Source: Alphaproteobacteria bacterium (GTDB taxonomy: Bacteria; Pseudomonadota; Alphaproteobacteria; JAAXGF01). Taken from it: a stretch of 64,000 nucleotides of DNA. The notes under the pieces were generated by a model that was not told where the DNA came from, searched no databases, and worked only from the letters and a program-made list of their open reading frames with translations. Below are positions 47,675 to 56,158 of the stretch, in pieces. The position numbers and the translations under genes are program-made. The stretch covers positions 1,071 to 65,070 of the forward strand of contig JAYGED010000241.1 in assembly GCA_046582565.1 (NCBI GenBank), in the 5' to 3' direction. Every line of letters begins with the position of its first letter. The first letter of the stretch is position 1.

Positions 47675-49120
47675 ATGACAGATATCTTGATCACTGACGC
47701 CACCATCGTCACCATGGATGCGAGCCGACGCGTCATCGAGGCGGGCGCCATCGCGGTCGCGGGCAGCCGCATCGCAGACATCGGCGCCTCGGATGAGTTG
47801 GCGGAAAGACACCCGGCGGCACAGCGTATCGACGGCTCCGGCATGGTCGTCATGCCGGGTCTGATCGATTGCCACGCCCATGCCGGCCACGGCCTGGTCA
47901 AGACCATGGGCGGCGACGGGGCGAGCTGGACCGACGCTTGCGAGATCATCTATACGACCGGCTCCAGCGCGGCCTTTTGGCGCGCCGAGGCCCATTTGTC
48001 AGCGCTTGAGAGGGTCAAATGCGGCGTTACCTGTGGGGTCTCCCTGCTGGGCGGCGGCAACGACATCATGCGTACCGACGAGACGGCCTATGGCGATCAG
48101 CATTGCCAGGCGGTCAGCGAGGTCGGCATCCGATCGGTGCTTGCCGTCGGCCCCTGCCGGCCGCCATTCCCCCGACAGTTCACGCGCTGGCAGGGCGATG
48201 TCGCGACGCCCCTCACCATCGATTTTGCCGACCAGCTTCGCTGCTGTGACGCCCTTATCGATCGCTGGCATGGCGCGGGCGAAGGGCGCATCGAGATCGC
48301 CATGAATTTGCCGGTTTTCCGCAAGGCCGACATTGACGCTGGGCCTGCGGCGTTGGCGGAACTCGTCGAACAATCCACGGCGGCGCGCGACCTCGGCCGT
48401 GATCGGGGCGTGCGGCTCACCCAGGACGGCCATCGCGACGGCAGCATCGAGATTGCCGACCGATTGTTCGACCTGCTCGGTCCCGATCTCTATCTGTCCC
48501 ACTGCATCGACATGACCGATCACGAGATTGCGCGGTGCCGGGAAACCGGAACCAAGATCGTCCATAACCCCAGCGCCGTTGCGGCCATCATGGGGCGCTG
48601 CCCGGTTCCGGAGCTCATCGAGGCGGGCGTTACGGTCGCCATTGGATCCGACGGCGCGGCGCCCAACCGAAGCCTCGATATGTTCCGCCATATGTTCCAG
48701 TGCATGCATTATCACCGGACCTATTTCAAGGATCCGAGTATTTTGCCGCCGGGAAAGGTCATGGAGATGGTGACCATAGATGCAGCGATTGTCCTCGGCC
48801 TGGAAGACCAGATCGGTTCTCTCGAAGTCGGCAAGAAGGCGGATATAATTCTCATCGACATGACAAAGCCGCATCTTTACCCGCCCAATATGCCGCTCTA
48901 TCGAATTCCCTACTACGCCAACGGCGCCGATGTGGATACGGTCATCGTCGATGGCCGCGTATTGATGGCGGGGCGTGTCGTCTCCACCGTCGATGAGGCG
49001 GCGCTGCTTGCCGCCGCCGCCGAGGAGACCGAGACCATGATCGAACGCACCGGCCTTCAGGCCCAGCTCGAAACACCCGAGGGATTTTGGCATGCCGCCA
49101 AATACCCCGAGAGGGGTTAG
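47675..49120 (+). CDS. amidohydrolase-superfamily hydrolase (TRZ/ATZ / cytosine-deaminase-like)
   Basis: HxH metal motif (IDCHAHAGHG), conserved downstream His/Asp positions (SHCIDMTDHE, GSDGAA). Confidence 0.75.
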   Translation: MTDILITDATIVTMDASRRVIEAGAIAVAGSRIADIGASDELAERHPAAQRIDGSGMVVMPGLIDCHAHAGHGLVKTMGGDGASWTDACEIIYTTGSSAAFWRAEAHLSALERVKCGVTCGVSLLGGGNDIMRTDETAYGDQHCQAVSEVGIRSVLAVGPCRPPFPRQFTRWQGDVATPLTIDFADQLRCCDALIDRWHGAGEGRIEIAMNLPVFRKADIDAGPAALAELVEQSTAARDLGRDRGVRLTQDGHRDGSIEIADRLFDLLGPDLYLSHCIDMTDHEIARCRETGTKIVHNPSAVAAIMGRCPVPELIEAGVTVAIGSDGAAPNRSLDMFRHMFQCMHYHRTYFKDPSILPPGKVMEMVTIDAAIVLGLEDQIGSLEVGKKADIILIDMTKPHLYPPNMPLYRIPYYANGADVDTVIVDGRVLMAGRVVSTVDEAALLAAAAEETETMIERTGLQAQLETPEGFWHAAKYPERG

Positions 49121-49134
49121 GCTGAGATAAAGCG

Positions 49135-50421
49135 ATGCCCCCTGACATTCATGCCGATCCCCGCAATTTGCTGCGTGCCCTGTTCGACGCCGCCGTTGAG
49201 GCCGCACAAGCGGGGCGCTGCCTAGCCCCCCATCTGCCGTTGCCGCCCAGGGGGCGCTGCGTTGTCGTCGGCGCCGGCAAGGCGGCGGCGGCCATGGCGC
49301 GCAGCGTCGAGGACAATTGGGCCGGTGATTTGGGCGACCTCAGCGGTCTGGTGGTTACCCGCTACGGCCACGGCACAGCGACCCGGCGCATCGAGGTCGT
49401 CGAGGCCGCCCATCCGGTGCCCGACCGGGCCGGGCGCGAGGCGGCGCAGTCCATCCTCGGGCTGGTCGAACCCCTCGGGCCCGACGATCTTGTCCTCTGT
49501 CTGATTTCGGGCGGTGGATCGGCCTTGCTCGCCCTGCCGGCACAGGGCGTTTCCCTGGAGGACAAGCAGGCGGTCAACCTGGCGTTGCTCAGCGCCGGGG
49601 CGACGATTACCGAGATGAATACCCTGCGCAAGCATCTCTCAGCCATCAAGGGCGGCCGCCTTGCCGTGGCGGCGGCCCCGGCGCGCCTGGTCAGCCTGTT
49701 GATCTCCGATGTTCCCGGCGACGATCCGGCGGTGATCGCCTCGGGCCCGACGGTGGCCGATCCGACGACGTTCGCTGACGCCCGCGCGGTGCTTGATAAA
49801 TACGCTATTCCCGCGCCTGCCACGGTGGCCGCCCATTTGGCGGCGGCTGCCGACGAGACGCCGAAACCGGGCGATCCGCGCCTTGCCGCCAGTGAGGTCC
49901 ATCTCATCGCAACCCCGGGGGCGTCGCTCGATGCGGCGGCGGCGCTCGCCCGCGAAGCGGGTTTCGAGACGATCATCCTCGGCGACAGTCTGGAAGGGGA
50001 GGCCCGCGAACTCGGCGCTTTGCATGGCGCCATGGCGCGCGGACGCCTCATTGATGCGCCCCTGATCATCCTGTCCGGCGGCGAGACCACGGTGACCATG
50101 TCCGATGCAGGCTCCAGCGGCGGGCGTGGCGGGCGCAACGCCGAATACCTGCTGGCCCTGGCCATCGCCCTCCATGGCGCTCCGGGGGTTTATGCCATTG
50201 CCTGCGACAGCGACGGCATCGACGGCAGCGAGGACAATGCCGGCGCGATCATCACGCCTGAAAGTCTGGCGCGGGCGCGGGCTGGCGGGCTCGACCCGCG
50301 CGCCCGGCTCCTGGACCACGACGCCTACGGCTTCTTCGAGGCGCTCGGCGATCTCGTGGTCACCGGACCGACCCTGACCAACGTCAATGATTTTCGCGCG
50401 ATACTGATTACAGCAGGCTAA
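49135..50421 (+). CDS. glycerate kinase, MOFRL family (glycerate 2-kinase/TtuD-like)
   Basis: DUF4147 + MOFRL domains, VVVGAGKAAAAMA and GGETTV motifs. Confidence 0.8.
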   Translation: MPPDIHADPRNLLRALFDAAVEAAQAGRCLAPHLPLPPRGRCVVVGAGKAAAAMARSVEDNWAGDLGDLSGLVVTRYGHGTATRRIEVVEAAHPVPDRAGREAAQSILGLVEPLGPDDLVLCLISGGGSALLALPAQGVSLEDKQAVNLALLSAGATITEMNTLRKHLSAIKGGRLAVAAAPARLVSLLISDVPGDDPAVIASGPTVADPTTFADARAVLDKYAIPAPATVAAHLAAAADETPKPGDPRLAASEVHLIATPGASLDAAAALAREAGFETIILGDSLEGEARELGALHGAMARGRLIDAPLIILSGGETTVTMSDAGSSGGRGGRNAEYLLALAIALHGAPGVYAIACDSDGIDGSEDNAGAIITPESLARARAGGLDPRARLLDHDAYGFFEALGDLVVTGPTLTNVNDFRAILITAG

Positions 50422-50492
50422 ATACGGCTTCCTAAGTCTCCTGTGGCGCTTGTGCGCATCCCGCGTTAAGCTAGCGAAAACAAAGGGAAATT

Positions 50493-51911
50493 ATGCGCCG
50501 CCATCGTAATGCCAAGATTGTCGCGACCCTCGGACCGGCGAGTTCGGACGCGGCGGTGATCCATGGGCTTTTCGATGCCGGCGTCGATGTCTTCCGCCTC
50601 AATTTCAGTCACGGCGACCATGCCGACCACAAGGCGCGCTATGACATCATTCGTGCGCTTGAGACTGAGATCGGCCGCCCGATCTGCGTGCTGCTCGATC
50701 TTCAGGGCCCCAAGCTGCGTATCGGACGTTTCAAGCGCGGTGCAATCGAACTTGCCGCCGGTCAGAGCTTTCGTCTCGATCTCGCCAAGGGGCTGGGCGA
50801 CGACAGCCGTGTCGCCTTGCCGCATCCTGAGATTTTTGCCGCTATCGAGCCCGGCACCGAGCTGCTGCTCGACGATGGCCGCATTCGGCTGCGCATCGTG
50901 AAATGCACAAAGAGCCATGCCGAAACCGAAGTCGTCGCCGGCGGCAGCCTGTCTGACCACAAGGGGGTCAACCTGCCCGGCGTTACCCTGCCGATTGCGG
51001 CGATGACCGACAAGGACCGGCGCGATCTGGCGTTCGGTCTCAATCTCGGCGTCGACTGGGTCGCCCTGTCTTTCGTCCAGCGGCCCGAGGACATCGCCGA
51101 AGCCCGCAAGCTTGTCGCCGGGCGCGCGTCGATCATGGCCAAGCTCGAAAAACCCTCGGGCATCGACCAGCTTGACGGAATCATCGAGATCGCCGACGGC
51201 ATCATGGTGGCGCGTGGCGACCTCGGCGTGGAAATGGCGCCCGAGAGCGTGCCGGGGCTGCAGAAGGAAATCATCGCCCGGTCGCGGAGCGCCGGCAAGC
51301 CGGTGGTGGTGGCTACCCAGATGCTCGAATCCATGATCGATGCGGCGACGCCGACCCGCGCCGAGGCCTCCGATGTGGCGACGGCGGTTTATGATGGGGC
51401 CGACGCCCTCATGCTGTCTGCTGAGTCCGCCGCCGGCTCCTATCCGATTGAGGCCGTGGCCATGATGAACCGTATCATCGCCGAAACCGAGCGCGACCCA
51501 CGCTATCGACGGTTTCTCAATGTTGAGGGATCAAACCTCGAATCGACCGCCGCCGACGCCATCACCGCGGCTGCCGATCAGGTTTCGCGCACGGTGCGCG
51601 CTGTGGCGATCTGCACCTATTCCATGTCCGGCTCGACCACCCTGCGCGCCTCGCGCGAACGGCCCGAGGTGCCGATCCTGGGCTTGACGCCGAAGATCGG
51701 TACGGCGCGCCGCCTGGCCATCGCCTGGGGTGTTCATAATGTGCAGACCCCCGACGCCACCAGCTTCTCGGACATGGTCGAGAATGCAGGCTCCGTGGCC
51801 CTGGCCGAGGGCTTCGCCAAGCCCGGCGACCGCATTGTCATCACCGCCGGCGTTCCCTTCGGCACGCCGGGCTCGACCAACACCTTGCGCATCGCCTGGG
51901 TCGACGGCTAA
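50493..51911 (+). CDS. pyk: pyruvate kinase
   Basis: KIVATLGPAS start, barrel + C-terminal domain, conserved MVARGDLGVE motif. Confidence 0.9.
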   Translation: MRRHRNAKIVATLGPASSDAAVIHGLFDAGVDVFRLNFSHGDHADHKARYDIIRALETEIGRPICVLLDLQGPKLRIGRFKRGAIELAAGQSFRLDLAKGLGDDSRVALPHPEIFAAIEPGTELLLDDGRIRLRIVKCTKSHAETEVVAGGSLSDHKGVNLPGVTLPIAAMTDKDRRDLAFGLNLGVDWVALSFVQRPEDIAEARKLVAGRASIMAKLEKPSGIDQLDGIIEIADGIMVARGDLGVEMAPESVPGLQKEIIARSRSAGKPVVVATQMLESMIDAATPTRAEASDVATAVYDGADALMLSAESAAGSYPIEAVAMMNRIIAETERDPRYRRFLNVEGSNLESTAADAITAAADQVSRTVRAVAICTYSMSGSTTLRASRERPEVPILGLTPKIGTARRLAIAWGVHNVQTPDATSFSDMVENAGSVALAEGFAKPGDRIVITAGVPFGTPGSTNTLRIAWVDG

Positions 51912-51922
51912 TCGGCCAGGCG

Positions 51923-52681
51923 ATGGATAGTTACCTACTGGCATTGCATTTTGCGGTGTTCGCGGCAGCGCTGCTTCAGGCCGCTACGGGCATCGGTTTC
52001 GGCATTATCGCCGGGCCCATTATCCTGATTGTGATGAACAGCGGATCGGCCATACAGGTCTCGATCCTGCTCAATCTCCTGATCGCCCTGGTGCTGGCGC
52101 CCCGGCTCTATGGCCTTGCCGACAAGGCCCTGCTGGTCCGCCTGCTATGGGGCACTCTGGCGGGGATGCCCCTGGGGATTATCATCTTTACCCAGATCGA
52201 CATCGATATGCTCAAGCTGCTGGCCGGCGTCGCCGTGATGTTTATGGCGTTGATCATCATGGGCGTGCTGAAGTTCAAACGCCAGGGCGCGGCGCCTTCG
52301 GAAGAACGCGTCCCGGCTGATGGACGTGTTCCGGACCTTCTGGTCGGCGTCGTTTCCGGCGCCATGTGTTCGAGCCTGGCCATGCCCGGCCCGGTGGTCG
52401 CCGCCCGTATGATGGCTCTCGATGCGGCCAAGGAAACCGTGCGCGCGACGGTCCTGGTGATGTTCGTCTTTTCCTATTTTGCCGCCCTCGCTACGCAGGC
52501 GCTGATGGTGGGCATTTCCACAGACAGTCTGACCCTGTCGGCCAGCCTAGCGCCGGCCACCCTTGTGGGTGTCTTTGTGGGTCGCTATTCAGTGGCCTGG
52601 ATCAGCCAGCGCGGCTTCCGCTGGATCCTCTCCATCATCCTCACCATCACCGCTCTCGGCCTGTTGTGGTCGGTGGTATAA
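51923..52681 (+). CDS. TauE/SafE (DUF81) family sulfite/anion exporter
   Basis: Two-repeat polytopic membrane protein with GxGGG-like motifs (GIGFGIIAGP). Confidence 0.75.
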   Translation: MDSYLLALHFAVFAAALLQAATGIGFGIIAGPIILIVMNSGSAIQVSILLNLLIALVLAPRLYGLADKALLVRLLWGTLAGMPLGIIIFTQIDIDMLKLLAGVAVMFMALIIMGVLKFKRQGAAPSEERVPADGRVPDLLVGVVSGAMCSSLAMPGPVVAARMMALDAAKETVRATVLVMFVFSYFAALATQALMVGISTDSLTLSASLAPATLVGVFVGRYSVAWISQRGFRWILSIILTITALGLLWSVV

Positions 52682-52808
52682 TTCCCTCGCCCACGAATTT
52701 GTGATTTGGCATGGAATTTCAATAGCCTATTATGTTTTCAGGGAGCGGCGCCCTGCGGGGCGCTCCATGGGAGGGGGACTTTTTCCATTTAACTTACGGA
52801 AACAACCC

Positions 52809-53234
52809 ATGAAATCCATAGTTGGAACTATTTTCGGGGCGATGCTCACGCTCGCCCTGGGCGCCGGTACGGCAGCCGTCGAACGGGTCACTGTCACCGG
52901 CGAAGTCATCGATACCTGGTGCTATCTGTCCGAGATCATGTTCCCCCTGGGCACGGCCCATCATCAATGCGCCATCTGGTGCGCCGCCGGCGGCATTCCC
53001 GTGGGACTCCTCGATGAAGATGAGCGGGTCTATATCATCCTCTCCATCGAGAACGACAGCGACAACGTCGCCAACCCGACGATGCTGGAAATCCAGAGCC
53101 ACCAGGTGACCGTTGAAGGCGAGGTCTTTGAGCGCGACGGCATCACCTATCTGACCATCGACAAGCTGGTCAACGACGAGGGTGTCGTCAATCGCACCGC
53201 CGACGCATACGGCATTCAGCCGTTCGGGGAGTAG
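52809..53234 (+). CDS. secreted hypothetical protein with CxnCx3C motif (paralog 1)
   Basis: Signal peptide; VTVTGEVIDTWCYLSEIMFPLGTAHHQCAIWCAAGGIPVGLLDE; homologous to following gene. Confidence 0.5.
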   Translation: MKSIVGTIFGAMLTLALGAGTAAVERVTVTGEVIDTWCYLSEIMFPLGTAHHQCAIWCAAGGIPVGLLDEDERVYIILSIENDSDNVANPTMLEIQSHQVTVEGEVFERDGITYLTIDKLVNDEGVVNRTADAYGIQPFGE

Positions 53235-53238
53235 GGCC

Positions 53239-53772
53239 ATGAAAAAATTATTACTCACAGCATTGATCGCGGCTCTGTTCACCCTGCCGAGCACCGCCGA
53301 CGCGGCGCAAGGGTGGGGCTTGATCAACGAAGAAATTGTGCGCTTCGACGCCAAGGTCGTCGATGTGCTTTGCGAGTTGACCGGCAACTGCCCGGATAAT
53401 TGCGGCGGCGGAAAACGGCAGCTCGGCCTGATCGACGCCTCGGGCAAGCTTATACCGGTGTTCAAGAATGCCGTGGCCTTCGCTGGGGGCGTCGCCGAGC
53501 TGATCGATTTTTGCGGCAAGACGGTGACCGCCGACGGCTTGTTTACCACCAACCGCGAAACCACCATCTTCGCGCTTCAGTTCATCCGTGAGGCGCCCGA
53601 TGGGAAATGGCGCAAGGCCAACCGCTTCCTCAATAGATGGGCCGAAACCAATGGCGTTGCCGTCAACAGCAACATGGCGAAATCCTGGTTTCGCAATGAT
53701 CCGCGCGTCAAGGCGCTGATCGCCGCGCAAGGAAAGATCGGGCTCGGACCCGGTGTGCTGCCGGTGGAGTGA
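53239..53772 (+). CDS. secreted hypothetical protein with Cx5Cx3C motif (paralog 2)
   Basis: Signal peptide MKKLLLTALIAALFTLPSTADA; KVVDVLCELTGNCPDNCGGGKRQLGLIDASG aligns with paralog 1 (V.G.V.D..C.L...C...C..GG..GL.D); GGGGAG RBS; 4-bp gap to paralog 1. Confidence 0.5.
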   Translation: MKKLLLTALIAALFTLPSTADAAQGWGLINEEIVRFDAKVVDVLCELTGNCPDNCGGGKRQLGLIDASGKLIPVFKNAVAFAGGVAELIDFCGKTVTADGLFTTNRETTIFALQFIREAPDGKWRKANRFLNRWAETNGVAVNSNMAKSWFRNDPRVKALIAAQGKIGLGPGVLPVE

Positions 53773-53777
53773 GTGCA

Positions 53778-54388
53778 ATGAAACCGCTGGTCCGTCTGTT
53801 CGGGCTGGCGATCCTTCTCGCCCTGGCCGCGCCGACGGCCCTGGCTCACGATACGAGCCAGGGACATGGTTCGGGCATCGCTGCCGTATCGCGGGGCGAT
53901 GATATTCCCTTCGCCCTCGGCGGCCCCTGGTCCTTGATCGACCACACTGGTCAACCACGGACGCGCGAGGATTTTTGCAGGCAATACAGGATCATCTATT
54001 TCGGCTACACGAGCTGCCCCTATAGCTGTTCGACGGCGGCGGCCAATATCGCCACCGTGCTCGATGAGCTGGCCGATGGCGGTGATGTTATGGGCGCCCT
54101 CTACATCACCATCGACCCGACATTTGATACCCCGGAACGGCTCGCCGATTTCGTCCCGCGCATCCATCCGCGCATGCTCGGCCTGACCGGCGCGGTCGCC
54201 GAGATCGAGCGGCTGCAGAAGAGCTTTCAGGTTCATGCCCAGGAAGCCGCCGACAAGGGGGGCACCAGCGATTGTTCGACCATCAGCCCCTGGCGTTCCT
54301 GATGGGACCTGAAGGCGATATCCTGACCCTGTTCCCGCCGATTCTGCCGCCTTTCGAGATCGCCAGGATCGTCCGCGGCTATCTTTGA
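53778..54388 (+). pseudogene. senC: SCO1/SenC copper chaperone gene with -1 frameshift in G6 homopolymer (54257-54262)
   Basis: Signal peptide, thioredoxin-like CxxxC (FGYTSCPYSC); after AQEAADKGG the conserved C-terminus (..RLFDHQPLAFLMGPEGDILTLFPP..RGYL*) continues in the +1 frame; inserting one G restores a full-length 203-aa Sco protein ending at 54388. Confidence 0.65.
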
Positions 54389-54461
54389 AGCAGGCTTGAA
54401 TCAGGCTGGTGAAAGTACGATTATCGCCGCCCAGCCAAATCAAGTGCGGATCAGGATTATC

Positions 54462-55976
54462 ATGCAGGACCTCAACAAGCTTTTTCAGGCGCTCGGAATT
54501 GACGGCGTAACTCAAGCCGACGGCGCCCTGGCCGTTCATTCGCCAACGGACGGCGGTGAAATCGCCCGTCTCGCCACCCATTCGGCGGCCGATGTCGAGG
54601 CTCAGGCCCTGCGCGCGGTCAGCGCCTTTGACGCCTGGCGACAGGTGCCAGCGCCCCGCCGGGGCGAGCTGATCCGCCTGTTCGCTGAGGAATTGCGCGC
54701 CCATAAGGACGACCTCGGCGCCCTGGTCACCGTGGAATGCGGCAAAATCCTCGAGGAAGGCAAGGGCGAGGTTCAGGAGATGATCGACATCTGCGACTTC
54801 GCCGTCGGCCTGTCGCGTCAGCTCTACGGCCTGACCATCGCTTCCGAGCGGCCCGGCCACAAGATGATGGAGACCTGGCATCCCCTGGGCCCGGTCGGGC
54901 TGATCACGGCGTTTAATTTTCCCGTCGCCCCCTGGGCCTGGAACTTCGCCCTGGCCATCGTCTGCGGCGATCCGATGATCTGGAAGCCGTCGGAACTGAC
55001 GCCCCTGACAGCCCTCGCCTGCGCCAACATCTTCGAGAAAGCGGTGGCGCGCTTCGGCGATGCCCCCGCCGATCTGTTGCAGGTGACCATCGGTGACAAG
55101 GCGGTCGGCGAGGCCCTGGTCGATCATCCCCGGCTGCCGCTGATCAGCGCCACGGGAAGCTGCCGCATGGGCCGCGAGGTCGGGGTGCGCGTGGCGCAGC
55201 GCTTGGGCCGCTCCCTGCTGGAGCTGGGCGGCAATAACGGCATGATCGTCGCCCCCTCCGCCGATCTCAAGCTTGCGGAGCGGGCGATCCTGTTTTCCGC
55301 TGTCGGCACCGCCGGTCAGCGCTGCACCTCCTTGCGCCGTCTGATCGTCCATGAGGAGGTCTATGATGCGCTCATGCCGGGGCTCAAGCGGGCCTATGGT
55401 TCGGTCGCGGTCGGCGATCCGCTGGACGCCGGCGTGTTGATCGGGCCGCTGATCCATGCGGCGTCGTACGAAGCCATGCAGGCCACCCTGGCAACCGTGG
55501 CCACAGAGAGCGGTGGCAGCGGCACGGTGACCGGCGGCGAGCGGGTGCTGGCCGATGCGTATCCCGACGCCTATTACGTCAAGCCGGCGATTGTCGAGAT
55601 GACGCAGCAAACCGACACCGTGCGCGAGGAAACCTTCGCGCCGATCCTCTATGTGATGAAATACCGCGACCTTGCAGACGCCATCGCCATGCATAACGAC
55701 GTGCCCCAGGGCCTGTCGTCCTGCATTTTCACCACCGATCTGCGCGAGGCGGAGACCTTTACATCGGCGGCGGGCAGCGATTGTGGCATCGCCAATGTCA
55801 ATATCGGGCCCTCAGGCGCCGAAATCGGCGGCGCATTCGGCGGCGAAAAGGACACCGGCGGCGGTCGTGAGTCGGGCTCTGACGCTTGGAAAGCCTACAT
55901 GCGCCGCGCCACCAACACGGTCAATTATTCCAACGATCTGCCCCTCGCCCAGGGCATCAAATTCGGCGAAGATTAA
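54462..55976 (+). CDS. aldehyde dehydrogenase, ALDH7/antiquitin-like (piperideine-6-carboxylate / aminoadipate-semialdehyde dehydrogenase family)
   Basis: Catalytic Cys region (GQRCTSLRR), Glu region (ELGGNN), C-terminal NIGPSGAEIGGAFGGEKDTGGGRESGSDAW typical of ALDH7. Confidence 0.75.
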   Translation: MQDLNKLFQALGIDGVTQADGALAVHSPTDGGEIARLATHSAADVEAQALRAVSAFDAWRQVPAPRRGELIRLFAEELRAHKDDLGALVTVECGKILEEGKGEVQEMIDICDFAVGLSRQLYGLTIASERPGHKMMETWHPLGPVGLITAFNFPVAPWAWNFALAIVCGDPMIWKPSELTPLTALACANIFEKAVARFGDAPADLLQVTIGDKAVGEALVDHPRLPLISATGSCRMGREVGVRVAQRLGRSLLELGGNNGMIVAPSADLKLAERAILFSAVGTAGQRCTSLRRLIVHEEVYDALMPGLKRAYGSVAVGDPLDAGVLIGPLIHAASYEAMQATLATVATESGGSGTVTGGERVLADAYPDAYYVKPAIVEMTQQTDTVREETFAPILYVMKYRDLADAIAMHNDVPQGLSSCIFTTDLREAETFTSAAGSDCGIANVNIGPSGAEIGGAFGGEKDTGGGRESGSDAWKAYMRRATNTVNYSNDLPLAQGIKFGED

Positions 55977-56158
55977 TATTTTCTTCACCATAAACCGTGA
56001 CAATGCCGAGACGTACAGAGGCTAGACCCGGAAGTCATTGAATTCTATTGACAATAAGGGTCTCGCAACGCATTCTTCGCCGGCTGTGGGAGACGGCGAG
56101 GTAAGAATCATTAAAATTCTCTCACGGCCGGTTTTTGAGTGCGGGAGACGGGTGCTTC

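Noticed and set aside
54300-54388. Separate small ORF MGPEGDILTLFPPILPPFEIARIVRGYL after senC
   Set aside because: It is the displaced C-terminus of SenC in the +1 frame, not an independent gene.
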